Of a DNA stretch of 64,000 bases, positions 51,791 through 64,000 are shown piece after piece. The notes beneath the pieces are model-generated. The model did no database searches. It worked only from the letters and a program-made list of their open reading frames with translations, and was not told where the DNA came from. Source of the stretch: Prorocentrum cordatum (taxonomy: Eukaryota). Within the stretch, counting starts at the first letter, position 1. The number at the start of each line of letters is the position of its first letter. The DNA is taken from the NCBI GenBank assembly GCA_963575745.1, contig CAUYUJ010000221.1, positions 1-64,000 on the forward strand, read 5' to 3'. Position numbers and translations under genes: made by a program.

Positions 51791-52749
51791 CAGCAAGGTG
51801 ATGCTGATGACACTTGCTTGTTACAGGTTTTTTTCGGAGGTGCCAGGGATAGGCCGGAGGTTTCAATCCTGTCCTGCTTGGGTCTTCGGCGTTCGGCCTT
51901 TCCTCTTCGGCCCCGAGCCGTCAAAGCGTTGCGACATATTTGGCGCGCTTGGCGTTCAATCTAATGTCATTGGCACCGGGCCGTGCCATTCCTTGGAGAG
52001 CGCGTAGCACCGAGGCCACATCCCATCGTAGCATCATGGTGGGCCGCGCACACCAGCAGAACTCGTCCACGTCTTGAGTCATTTACTGCACCTCGTTCCT
52101 TCATTCATTCATTCATTCATTCGTTCATTCATTCATTCATTCAATGGGGGTTCGTCTATCCGGAGGGAGGCCGTCAAAGGGATTCGTCAATTCGGAGAGT
52201 TGACGGCCAAATCTTCTCCGTGAGAGAAAGTCTACGGCCAAATCCTTTCACTAAGAGGGAATTGACGGCTCCAGCGCCGGGTAGAGTATACGTGGCCATC
52301 CGTCGTGACGCCCAGGCCCACGTCCAGACCAGCCGCCCGCGACAGACTCAAACCCATCCAAAAACGATGCCCGGACGAGTTCCTTTGATCGGGGATGTGG
52401 AGGAGCAGCGCGTTGGAGTTTATTGTTGGGTAAGGCTTCATACCCCAAGAGGGGGAGGATGGAGGAGGAATCGAAGGAGCAGGAAGAGGAGTAGGACGAG
52501 GGGGAGGGGCATGAGGGAGGAGGAGAAAGAGGGAATAGGCGCATGAGGAAGGAGGAGGAGGAGGAGGATGGAGGAGGAGGAGGAGGAGGAGGAGGAGGAG
52601 GAGGAGGAGGAGGAGGATCGAGGAGGGAGGGGGGAGGAGGATCGAGCAGGAGCAAGAGAGGGAGGAGGAGGAGAAGGAGGAGGAGGAGGAGGAGGAGGAG
52701 GAGGAGGAGGAGGGCAAGCAGAAAGGCAAGCTGCCTCATGACTCATGAT

Positions 52750-53560
52750 GCCTCTCGGAGTCTATTCGGATGTCTTTCGGGAGCTTCTTGGAGTCCTCTT
52801 CGGACGTCTTGGAGGTTTCTTGGCAATCCTGGGGGCCTCTTGGGGCCTCTTGGGTGCCACTGGGGGGCCTGTTGGGGCCTCTTGGGGGTCACTTGGGAGG
52901 CTTGAGAGCCTCTTGGAGGCATCTTTTGGGCGTTTTGGGGGCCTCTTGGGGCCTCCTGGCCACCTCTTTGTGCTGTCTTGGGGCACCCTTGGGAGCCTCG
53001 GGGGTCATTTGGGGGCCATCCTGGAGGGGTAGATCAAAGGACGGTCCGTACTACATTGCCCCGCCACCCCCCCCCCCAGGAGGTCAACATGTGGCCAAAT
53101 TCGTGGTAAAGTCAATGACGTTAGCCTCTCGCCGAGGCCTCTTGGGGCGTCTTGGGTGCCTCTGGGACGGCCTCTTGGAGCCTCCTTGGGGTTCTCTTGG
53201 GAACCTCTTGGGGGCATCTTGGGGGCCCCTTGGGGCCTCCTGGGCACCTCTTAGGGTCGTCTTGGGGCACCATTGAGAGCCTCGGGGGCCATCTCGGGGC
53301 CATCTTGGAGGAGATCGACCACGGGAGAAGGGTTCCTTCATTCGGGTCCCCCCTCAGGAGGCCAACATGTGGCCAAAACCTGGGCAACATCGATGAATTT
53401 GGCCTTCTCGCCGAGGCCTCTTGGGGTGTCTTGGGTGCCGCTGGGGGGCCTCTTGGGCATCTTGGGGTTCTCTTGGGGGCATCTTGGGGGCGTTTTGGGG
53501 GCCTCTTGGGGCACCCTCGGGAGCCTCGGGGGCCATCTCGGGGCCATCTTGGAGGAGATC
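52750..53560 (+). repeat. 10-11-bp CTTGGGGGCCT satellite (family of 9100-13154)
   Basis: Directly visible. Confidence 0.9.
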
Positions 53561-54186
53561 GATCACAGGAGGGACCGTACTACGTTAGGGTCCCCCCCAG
53601 GAGGCCCACATATGACCAACACCTTGAGAGGAATTCGTGGTTGTTGCCTTCTTGCGACCCGCGAAACCTCCTCTCCGTTCCGGGGGGTGGGGATAGGGGG
53701 AGGGGTGAGCCCCACTCCGAAGGGGAAGAAAGGGGGTGGAAGGGGAAACGCTCTAAAGTCGAGCATCTGATTAAGAAATGCCGTCTTGAAAAGCTGGGCC
53801 AGCGCATCTGAGCCAACTTGCCGCAAAGCTGGCCGAGTTTCTGGAGCGCGTTGGCCTTCCAGCGTTATCGCTCATCTCTTGCCCAGGCTTGTCGTTCGAA
53901 ACTTGTGGAAAGCTAGCCCAGATTTCTGACACTCTTGATGCTCGATGAGGAGGAGGAGGAGGAGGAGGAGGAGGAGGAGGAGGAGGAGGAGGAGCAGGAG
54001 GAGGATGAGGAGGAGGAGGAGGAGGAGGAGGAGGAGGAGGAGGAGGAGGAGCAGGAGGAGCAGGAGCAGGAGAGGGAGGAGGAGGAGGAGCTTTCGCCTC
54101 TTAGACCACTCACGCCTCACAGGGCTGGCGGGCCTCCCGCGGCGGCACCCCCTCGCCGCCCCCCCGCCCGCCCGGCTGCGCCGCAG

Positions 54187-54241
54187 GCGACCGCCTCTTC
54201 GTGGAGCAGCTCGGCCTCTGCCTGGGCCTGGACGCTCCGAG
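54187..54241 (+). CDS. Host gene exon G (G-DRLFVEQLGLCLGLDAP-R)
   Basis: CAG|G acceptor in phase 1 and GAG|GC donor in phase 2; both match the neighbouring exons. Confidence 0.8.
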
Positions 54242-54286
54242 GCAGCGCGGGAGGGTGCACCGACGGCCGCCTCCGCCGAGTAGGTC

Positions 54287-54414
54287 CAAATCGGGCCTGT
54301 CCCTCTACAGGAGGAATATCCACAGATAGTCAAAATTATCAGGTGGGGACGATGTTTTTTTTGAGTCTTGATTTTTCGTCCAGTATCCGCCTGTAGGAGG
54401 ACACGTCCGACCTA
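54287..54414 (+). mobile_element. MITE family 1, copy 5
   Basis: CAAATCGGGCCTGTCCCTCTACAGG...CCTGTAGGAGGACACGTCCGACCTA; partial TSD (TAGGTC on both sides). Confidence 0.75.
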
Positions 54415-57140
54415 AACATAGGTCGCGGTTTGCCGCAGTGGCGGCCGCGCCCACCTGGGCACGGGACGCAGAGCTTGCCGCGGGTTTGCCGTGGTGTCGG
54501 CGTCGTCCCTTTGGGCGCGTTCAGAGAAAGCGGCGCGGCCACAGATAACTCTTTCCCCCCTCACTCCCTCATCTTTCTCTTGTGCTATACCGAGCCCCCC
54601 CCCCCGCCAGGTTCAGCAACTCCCCCGCAGCTGCCCACCTGCCGCATGCCTCTCTAATGCTCTCTTGCCAGGGGCCCACGTGACCACCGCTGGGGGTAGT
54701 GCTGCACCCGATAGCGCATCGTACGTGCGAGGCCCCCTTTCTCGAGCGACAGGCGATGCCGCACCCGCAGGTTCTCGTCCCTTCGCCCGTGTGCTCCCGC
54801 TTCGCGTTGCATGGGATACTGAAGTCTGCTTGGTGTGCAGATAACCGATGGTGTTGTCATCCGCCGTCTGTCGTGGAATGGAGATCACTTGCCCTGGTCA
54901 GGCTACTGACGGCATTACGCATGCTCGGACCCGGCTGGCGCCATGCAGTTCAGGCAAGTCGCTTTGGCTAACAGGAAATATTGTGTTGCAGTGCTTCTTC
55001 TCTTGAGTCTTGGTGCGAAGATCGGTGTTTGCCCTACCGTCGTCTCGTTCTCGCGTCGTTTGGGGCAGAAGACTCCCTCCTGCCTCTGGTGTGTGATGAG
55101 TGGTCGTGGACTTGCGCCTTTCTCTGCATGGCGGGGCTCCGGCGCCAGGAAACAGCCAAGGGCCGCCCGCCTCGCCGTCTCCTTAGATGTGCCTCCCCCT
55201 GCTTTGCAATGGCTGTTTTCGTTTCGTGCTGCGCTGCACTTTCCGCCTTTAATGCGGCAGGCAACAAAGTTTGCCCGCAACCTTGGCGCCCGAACCGATG
55301 CAACGTCAGGGCATCGGCTCCTCCTCTTTGGCGTGTCGGGTGCCAACCTGTCACCTGACCAGCCAGCGGTTGAATAAGATGCGCAGTCCAAGAAATCCTT
55401 CCTCCCTCCTCCTTCCCTCCTCCTTCCCTCCTCCTACTCCTTCCCTCCTCCTACTCCTCCGCCGCCCCCTCCTCCTCCTCCTTCTCCTCCTTCTCCGCAC
55501 CTCTTCTTCCTCCTATTCCTCCTCCCCCTTATTCTCTCTTCGCCCTCCTCCTCCTTCTTCTTCCCACCTCATTATCCTCCCTTTTCCTACTCTCCCTCGT
55601 TCTCTCGTCGTCCTCCTCTTTCTCCTTCCCGCCTCCTCCTCCCATCCTTCTATTCCACCCCATGTCCTCATTGATCCCTGTCGCACCCCGAGACGTGTTA
55701 GTAGGGCGGGCGAGGCGGTTCGCGTGAGACCTCTTCACCATTTTTGATCCTGAAGCTCGAGATTCGCAACAAAGCTGGGGCGTTCGCCGAGGGCCGCGCG
55801 CATTGGTTTTAAACGTTTGCAAGTGCTGAGGGATGGGGATAGGCTCCTTTTCAAACTGGTGCGCTCGCTTCTGCGCCGCGCGCATTTATCTTAACACATC
55901 AATGATTGCTTCACGGAGGTGCTATGTCGAGGCACTGTCATGGAGCAAGCGAAATTGCAAGCCACGGAAACAGGATACGACGACCACGTGTTGGATGCCC
56001 CATTTGCGGCCTCTTTGACGTGCATACCCTCTCCACGTGCTTCCGCGCGTGAAGAATCCGATGCCCTGTCGTACACATACCAAACACGCATGCGCCAGAC
56101 GCACGTTGGATACACACCCTCCGCACACGTATTACCATGCGTAGAGAGTACGACGCCCACAAGTTTGATGTTCCAATTGTGGCCCCTCTGGTGCCGAAGG
56201 AATCCGACGCCCACATGCCGGATGCCCCATCTGTGGCCCCTTTTGGCGCAGAAATGTTGGGCACAGCTTCTCCACACATGTTCACTTACGCGTGAAGAAT
56301 CCGACGTCCACATGTTGGATGCCCCACTTGTGGCCCCTGTGGCGCCGAAGCCCTGTGAAAACACATGCCATATGCGCACGCGTGCCGAGACGCATGCCAG
56401 ATACCCCGCTGCGCCGCGCACGTCCTCCTGCATGCCCAGACATCCTCCTCCCCGTGCTCGCCCCTCCCCCCTTTCAGAGTCCGGGGCCAGAGGCCCGCCC
56501 CACACGGACCGAACCTTAGGGCCCACGCTGCGAGAAACAAACACGACGCCGGATGCCGGGGGCACTTCTGCCTTCTTCTCGGAAGTTGGAGCATATACAT
56601 TCCAAGTGGCGAGCTGTTTTTCAATCCCAGGGCTCTTTGAGGGTCGGGGCCGACGTCGGGGTGGTGTGTTGTACACTTTGTCCCGTTTCCCAAGGAAACA
56701 GCGACAGATGTATGCACCAAGGTCCCTTATACACCAGGGTCCGCTATCCTGTGCGAACTTCAGTGCGGGGCCCAAAAAAAAGCGTCGGTGTATAGAGTTC
56801 GTTTCATCTTCTTCGTCTTCTTCTTCGGATGCAATTCCTGGGAGGTCAAATTCTGACTTTGCCATGGTCCGACAGCTGGCCTACTCCGGCTTAATCCCGC
56901 TTGGTCTGGCTTTATTCCGTTCACTCCGGCTCAGTCCAGCTTCATCCGCTGCCCAGTCCGGCGTAACGGCCCCCAGTAAGGCTTCATTCTCCCGAATCCT
57001 TCCGACGAAGACCTCCCAGTACTTGCCTTATACTTCTTCTTCTTCTTCTTCTTCTCTGCTCCCTCCCTCGGTCGTCCTGCCCGTGTCCCTCCGCTCCTCC
57101 TTGCCGTCTCCTCTCCGCCCGCCCCACAACGTCACCACCC

Positions 57141-57285
57141 ACCAGACCACCCCAACCCAACCCGAAGGCCTCAATTTGCCCTCCACTCCCAGTGGGGAGG
57201 GTGTCGGGGAACAAACACGTGTGGCACCCGTAGCCCCCCCTCAACCCGAAGTTCGCGTCTTCGGGTTAGGTTGGGGTGGTCTGGT
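57141..57285. mobile_element. Single-copy MITE with a 27-bp TIR
   Basis: ACCAGACCACCCCAACCCAACCCGAAG ... CTTCGGGTTAGGTTGGGGTGGTCTGGT (1 mismatch). Confidence 0.75.
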
Positions 57286-57715
57286 AGGTAGTCAGCCTGG
57301 CGCCAGACTCCAGGGGGCTGCTGATCGCAGCAGCCCGCGCCGAGGGCTGCTGCCGCCAGTACGCACGAGCTCCTCGAGGCTCCTCTGCGATCGCCGCCGC
57401 CGCCGCCGCCACCGCCTGCGGCATGCAGCACCCACACGGCAGCTCCAGCGCTCGTGGGCACGGATAGAGCCTGCCGACTGCGGACTAACCAGCACCGAGC
57501 AAGGAGTTCGCGCTGCGGGGAAAAAACCATTGCCATCGACGCGGAGAGCTTGCCACTTCAAGACAAGAGCCGTTCAGCTTCCCTGCGCGCTCGGGTGGGG
57601 GTATGGGTCGTCGCCGCAACTTGCATCCACGTGAGGCGATGGGAATGGCAAGGACGGGACGGGATTGAAAGGAGCAATGCGAATTGAAGCGTTGAGTGTG
57701 GGTGTCTGGCGTCAG

Positions 57716-57812
57716 GCGCGACGCCCACTTGCTCCTCACGGCTGAGCGGCCCGAGCTCATTGAGCTCTACACCGAGCTCGCCTGGTTCCGCGACGTGGTC
57801 TTCCTGTGGAAG
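57716..57812 (+). CDS. Host gene exon H (R-RDAHLLLTAERPELIELYTELAWFRDVVFLWK)
   Basis: CAG|G acceptor in phase 2 and AAG|GC donor in phase 0. Confidence 0.8.
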
Positions 57813-59930
57813 GCGTGGCAGCAGCAGCAATCTTCGTATCGTCTTGAGATGTTGTTTCGACAGCCCCACGACGGAGAAGGAGAAGGAGCAGGAAGAGGAG
57901 AAGGAGGAGGAGGAGGAGAAGGAGGAGGAGGACCAGTGTAAGCTTCAGGAGCATCGACGATGTTGCTATCAACCCTCCCTCTAAGTTCCCTCTTCATAGG
58001 TCCCTGCAACAGATGATGTTCATTGCGGGAAGTGCCCCATTGAAGGAGAACCGTCTGAGAGTCCTCAATCGTGCCAGAACAGAGTTCCTGGGACTGGAAC
58101 GCCGCGAATCAACGTAATTGTTGTGCCCTGGCAGTCCTAAATCGCTCCGAAATGTCGTTCTTGGGACTTCAACACTGCGAATCCACCTGTCGTGTGCGTC
58201 TTGGCAGTCCTGAATCGTGCCAGAACGCCGTTCCTGGAACTTACAGCCATTCGAATCCAGGGAACTGTTGCGAACTTTTAAGACGAATGTGCGCGGCGCT
58301 GAGTCGATATCCACATCTTGAAGAGAAGCTGGCCTCCATCTTGAAATTATCGCAAACTGTTGCTAAGAACTTGCGCGGCGCTGACGCGAAAGCGACATTT
58401 TCAAAAGGACGCACCCCCCATCCTTGAACCAGTTGCAAACGTTCAAGACGAATGTGCGAGACGCTAAGGCGAGAGACACGTGTTGAAGACGACCTGCCCT
58501 CCATCCTTGAAGTTGTTGCAATTTCAACCTGCAGGGTCATCAGTGGTGAGGATCTCTTCGGCGAAACGCCCGGTCCACCCTGCCAACATGTGTGGGGGTT
58601 CGACGAGGAGTTGTTCACTAGGACATGTAGGAGGAGGAGGAGAATGATGATCATGAGGAGCTGGATGATGATGAGGAGGAGGAGCCCCCCCTCATGCTGC
58701 TACTGCTCCTCGTCAACTTTCTCCGCACCCCCTCCTCCTCGTCATCCTCGTCATTCTCATCGTCATCCTTACATTTGCTCTTCACCACTCTTCCTCCCAC
58801 GTCCTTCTATTCCTCGTCACCATAGCATCATACAACTATTCGTCTTTATCCTCCCTCCCTCCATCCTCCTTCTTCCTTCCTCCGCACCGTCCTCCTCAAC
58901 ACTACTTCCTTGCCCCTCCCTCTCCACTCCCCCGCATCCCCACCCCTCGCTCTCTTCCTCTCCTACTCTTGGCTGGTGGAGAGCCCGTTGCCGGCGGGTA
59001 GGGGGAGAGCAGGGCGAAGCATATGCTTACGTACAGACGTTCGTTCACGTTCCCCTCGTCCTGACCCGAATGCTTAGCCCCATCGCGCCTGCAGCAGCCA
59101 TCGCTGTGACCTCAAGAAGCCAACGTTTCCCGGTAATTCGGCACCTTCCTTCTATCCCAGTACACGCTAGGCCCAAGCGCATGTAGAAATTGAGATACAT
59201 TGAATGCGCGTGAAGCTCATGCGATGATTCTAGTATGCATTCGCCGAGGTTCTACGTGACTCATGTTACAACGTCCTGACAAACATAAGACGGGGGCCCT
59301 TGACTTCATTTCCATACGGCGTTTCTCGACCTAGGTCTGTCCGTGAGGGCCTTGGAGCCAGACACTGGAGCGGAAACGTTTGTCATTTCTAAGTGTTTCT
59401 TACGTTCAGGATCGGCGCTTTGCTCCCGTCGTTCAGAGTGGCACTCTCGCCCTGGCGTGGGCCACTTTTTTGGATCCGAATCGTTCCTCCTCGTTGTCGC
59501 CCCCTCCTTTCCCTCCTCCGCCTTTCCCTGAACCTCCTTCTCCTCCCGCTCCTTCCACTCCAGCTCCTGCTGCTGTTCCTCCTAGTCCTCCTCCTTCCTC
59601 ATCCTCCTTTTCCTCCTGCTCATCCTCCTTCTCGTCCGCCGCCTCCTCCAATGTACGCAGCTCCCGTTCCCGATAGTCCACAACACGATGGGGTCCATCT
59701 TGGAGTGTCAGGCCCGCCATGACACGCGTCGGTTGGAAGGGATGGGTCGGAGAGGTAAGCTTTCAGATGTGGTTCGTCGTCCTCCTCCTCCTCCTCCTCC
59801 TCCTCCTCCTACTCCCCATCTTCCTTCCTTTCTTCAGTTGTCACTCTCCTCCTCCTCCTCCTCCTCCTCCTCCTCCTCCTCCTCATCCTATCCCCCCCTC
59901 GACGATGTCCCCCCCCCTCTCCGGCCCCAG

Positions 59931-60017
59931 GTCCTCCTGCTGCCCCCAGGCGCCGCCATGTCCATGTCCGACGACCGCTTCGGGAGCGCCGCGGAGTGGC
60001 CTCTGCAGTGGCGCTGG
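59931..60017 (+). CDS. Host gene exon I (VLLLPPGAAMSMSDDRFGSAAEWPLQWRW; an alternative end at 60032 adds VSRDK)
   Basis: CAG|G acceptor after (CCT)n; donor is TGG|GTGAGC or the in-frame AAG|GC. Confidence 0.7.
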
Positions 60018-60994
60018 GTGAGCCGAGACAAGGCCCGCACTCGGCGACGACGACGTCGATGCGACGGCGACGACGCCGCCGACGACGACGACGCCGACGA
60101 CCACGGCGCCGACGACGCTAACGACGACGGAGACGCCGACGACGACGTGCTGCTGCGGGCAGCGGTCCCAGCAGGAGGACGAGGAGTCGTTGCGACGACG
60201 GCGGGGGCGCGGCGACACTGTCGTGTCGAAGATGCCGCCGCCGCCGACGACGACGACGACGACGACGGCATCGTTTCCAGAGGGAGGGGGATGATGACGA
60301 CGACGATGACGACGTGGCGACGAGGAGGGGGAGGAGGGAATGGAAGAGTGGGCGGAGATCGGAGGAAGAGGAGGAGGAGGAGGGAAGGGAAGAGTTGGCG
60401 GATATCGAAGGAGGAGGCGGAGATCGGAGGAGGAGGAGGAGGAGGAGGAACAGGAGCAGCAGGGTCCCCTCTGCTCTTCCCTGGGGCTCCCTACCTCCAC
60501 GCCTCCTCCTTGCAGTCGGGCAAGAGTCTCGTATCCTCGCGGGCGTCCTCCACAGCAGGCGATGGCACTCAGTGCTCTTGCGATAGAAAGGATCGATGAG
60601 CACGCTCCCCGTCGAGCCTCAGGGCCTCCTGAGCTGCCCTGGGGCTTCTGTGGCACCCTCCTCCTCCTCCTCCTCCTCCTCCTCCTCCTCCTCCTCCTCC
60701 TCCTCCTCCTCCTCCCCCTCCTCCTCCTCCTCCTCCTCCTCCTCCTCCTCCTCCTCCTCCTCCTCCTCCTCCTCCTCCTCCCTCCTCCTCCTCCTCCTCC
60801 TCCTCCTCCTCCTCCTTCTCTCCTCCTCCTCCTCCTCCTCCTCCTCCTCCTCCTCCTCCTCCTCCTCCTCCTCCCTCCTCCCTCCTCCCTCCTCCTCCTC
60901 CCTCCTCCCTCCTCCCTCCTCCCTCCTCCCTCCTCCCTCCTCCCTCCTCCCTCCTCCCTCCTCCCTCCTTCCTCCCTCCCCCCGCTGGGCCGAG

Positions 60995-61036
60995 GTGAGC
61001 TTCTTCAGCGTCCTCGGCTTCGACGGCGCGGAGAAG
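60995..61036 (+). CDS. Host gene exon J (VSFFSVLGFDGAEK)
   Basis: GAG|G acceptor after a long (CCT)n tract; AAG|GT donor. Confidence 0.65.
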
Positions 61037-62549
61037 GTCTGGGCCACCCAGCCGCCTCGCCCGACCCGTCTCGCCTCTACCGCTCTGGTCGCGGAGGCCC
61101 GGGCAGTGCAAGTAGAGAGGCCGTGACGCTCCACGGGTCCTTCACATCGGCGGTGCCAGTGGCTATAGTGGGGGCGCGTGCCAAGAAACCAGTTGGATTC
61201 TGCCAGGGTGCCCTGGGTTTCTTGGATTTCGATGGGGACCCAACAAGATCTAGACGATTTTCGATCGACAAATCTGGTTTTCACCGAACAAATCGCGGAT
61301 TTCAGGGTTGGGTTTCTTGCGGAGGTTTCTTGTGGCCGAACTCCAACTGTATTGTTTGGGACTTGTATCGGGGGGGGGGGGCGAACTGGGCACGGAAGCA
61401 ATCGGTAACAAGACCGACATCAGTTCCTGTCCATTTTGAACAGGGTTCGCTGTCGGCGTCGCCGCGGGCATTGCCCATTCGAAGCGAAAGCCGTCTGCCC
61501 AACAACGGCCGTTGTTGGTTTGGAGCAGCGCACCCATTTTTCCCGTACTCATCTCGGGCGTGCCAAGTTCATCCAAGAACCAGTCTCGCCGGTCTTTGTG
61601 TTCACGGCGAAAGCCTTGGCCTCAGAGGAGGCAGCGCTCGCAGCTCATGGTATCATTCGCACGCCGCCGCCATTGACCCGGCCGATGCTCACCACTGAGG
61701 GGCCACCACCTAAGGGAGGGGGTCGCCAGCTCTCGCCGAGGCCAGAGGTTCGATGGTACAGGGTCGAGGAGGTCTCGGACGACTGCGAACGTGTGGGGAG
61801 GTCCTGAGTGGCTCTGGGAGTCCCGAGTGGTCGTCCTCCTCTGGTAGGCGACGGTACCCCTGGTGGTGACGCCCCTTGGCATTGCCTGGGAGGCGCGGCT
61901 GACTTCTCGGCCAGGGTTTCACGGTGCCGTTGGTGCTGCTGTCGCCTTCGCCGATGCTGTCGGTGAGTCCACGCTCTTGAGGAGCAGCCACTGCTGGTGC
62001 GGGGCTTGCGTGATCGATCTCTTGCCGATCGAAGCGTGCCCCTCGACGATCGCAGCATATTTGGTTCGGAGGTCGGTGATGATCTCGGGGATCGAAGTGT
62101 GGTCTTCAGGCCCCTTCTCCAAGTCTGGGGGAGAAGCACGATGACTATGACCGAGATGTCGCAGGGTCTTGTCGATGCCGATCTTGGTCATGGTCCATGC
62201 CAGCCGTCGCCGACTCGCGAGGACGATCCACGATCTGACGATGACCAAGCTGGACGGAGACCAAGATCAACACCTGCGCTTCCACACGCAGTTTTGGCCA
62301 TGGCCGCTGTTTCGTATCCCTCCCGAAGGAGCGGCAACAGCAGCGGCTCCTGCGTGGGACGCCTGCGGAAGCCTGACCCTCGGGACGACCATGGGTTCCG
62401 CCAGCCCAGAATGCAGTCAACCCACATGGTAAGGAGGAGCACCTTTCCCAAGGTTGCCCTTGCATCCCTTCCCTTTGGCCCATCCTTGGCCGCTTTCGCT
62501 GGCCGTGCCCTGCTCCCAGAGTGTCGACATGGCGGGTTGACTGTATCGT

Positions 62550-62714
62550 TAAGTCGGGCCTGGTCCTTTACAGGAGGAGTATTCAAACATAGTAAGGAAT
62601 ACCATGGGGACGTTTTTTTTTTCTTTGTTTGTTTTTTTGTTGTTTATGTTTGGTGTTCTTGTTCATGTTTAGTTTTCGCCCAACATCCGCCTATAGGAGG
62701 ACATGCCCGACCTA
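62550..62714 (+). mobile_element. MITE family 1, copy 6
   Basis: TAAGTCGGGC...GCCCGACCTA with a perfect 10-bp TSD ACTGTATCGT (62540-62549 / 62715-62724). Confidence 0.88.
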
Positions 62715-64000
62715 ACTGTATCGTGAGTGTCTCAACGGAGGTGCGCCTTCGACGCCACAGCCTGCGATCTGCAGGGCTTCGCCGCGTCGCACGTTACGAG
62801 GGGCTGCGGCCTCGGGAGCGGCAGCACACGCTGTCATCTACGAAGGGGCTGGGGCCCAGGGAGCCCGAGCGCGCTGTACTCTGCGAGCGGAGGTGGCCCC
62901 CGCTGGCGCGCACGCGTCATACTTTTTCGAGGGGTTCGGTCCCAGGATTGCAGGGGAGTGTGGGTTCGAACGCGCTCATGTTTAGTAAGTTGCCAGAAAA
63001 TGTTGCTTCGGGAGTGTGGACTTGTGCTGCTTTGGCCACAGTCTTGCTGCCCAGGGGGCGCGAACTAGTAAGACACTGCGGGGTAGTGTGGTCTCGGGAG
63101 CGCGAACGCGTTGTAACTCATGAGTAATTGCGGCGTCGGGAGTGCGAACCAGTTGTAGTGTTATGTGTCGCAACGCCCCCAGCAATTCGGGCAATGTGAC
63201 ACTGGGAGAGTAATGGGGTGCTTTTCGAGCTGGTGTCCTTGCTCGTTCCTTAACCACTCCAGCGCTGGAAACAGAGAAGTACTGAACCCTGCGCGACTTC
63301 TATTGGAGGTTTTTTCTTACAGAGCATGTCAAAGCAATTCTCACCAAAGCGAAGCAATGCAACTGAACGTATCATTTGGCATGGGTTTGACTTGCATGGC
63401 ATTGTTTGCCGCTGCTTGGCGGAATCATTGTAGCTTGGTATTGTCTGGCATTGCTGGGCGCTATTTGAGCTTGCTTGGCGCTGCTCGGTGTTGCTCGGCA
63501 TCGCTTTGCCTTGCTTTGCTTGGCTCCAGTTGGCAGTGTCTGGCAGCGCTTGGCACTGCAAAGGACGGGGAGCCCAAGGAACGAGGCCACGGAACCCGAG
63601 GGACAAGACCGGGGAGCCCGAGGCAGGAGGGCAGGACTCGACTAGACGCAAGAGTGACCTTTCGCCGGAGTGACCTCTGGTGCGGGCACAGATGGGCCCC
63701 CAGACGCCTGACGGAACGAAGCGGTAGCAGCGGCTAGCGCGCCTGGATGTGGCCTCCCCCGCGGCCCCCGGAAAGCCGCGCAGCAGAGGTCACTCTCGCC
63801 TAGGGGTCACTCCTGCGTGCAGCCGGAGGACACGAGGCCGGGGAGAACCGAGCAACGGGCCGGGGGGCCGAAGGAAGGCAGGTGGCAAGGCCAGGGGGCC
63901 CAGCGGCAGGGCGGCAGGGGCACCAGGGCCGGGGAGATCCGGGCAAGGTCGGGGCTCGTCGTCTCCGAACCGGGGGGGTGGCACCCGTCAGTTCCTTCAC

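Noticed and set aside
51795..51840. CTGATGA after the Penelope-like ORF as a hammerhead ribozyme core
   Set aside because: A possible stem II follows, but there is no GAAA or stem III/cleavage triplet; at best a decayed relic.
57150..57280. CCCAACCC / GGGTTAGG telomere-like words
   Set aside because: They are part of a MITE TIR; there is no tandem TTTAGGG array.
55919..57634. 571-aa ORF
   Set aside because: It runs through tandem repeats, a pyrimidine tract and a MITE inside intron G-H; no coherent protein signal.
61600..63130. ORFs on both strands after exon J (possible retroelement fragment or further exon)
   Set aside because: No recognisable motif; the + strand ORF reads through a MITE; no exon could be placed confidently.

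Overview
GC-rich, repeat-saturated eukaryotic DNA that reads as dinoflagellate nuclear genome. This is inferred from AG|G acceptors, GA/GC/GT donors, tiny exons in kb-long introns and the retroelement types. Nearly all supplied ORFs are microsatellite or satellite artefacts. Real content: (1) A 6.07-kb tyrosine-recombinase (DIRS-order, PAT/Ngaro-type split-direct-repeat) retrotransposon at 13155-19219. It carries a small membrane-protein ORF, a gag-like ORF, a pol with RNase H but no RT core, a tyrosine recombinase and a motif-complete C5 cytosine methyltransferase, and is inserted without TSD into the AT-rich spacer of a satellite. (2) Ten phase-compatible micro-exons (about 850 nt over about 36 kb, 25129-61036, + strand) of a large host gene. 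(3) A decayed, apparently endonuclease-less Penelope-like RT element in one intron. (4) Many MITE/foldback families, mostly co-oriented within each family, plus 10-11-bp-period satellites and long microsatellites. All calls were made by eye; no database searches were run.
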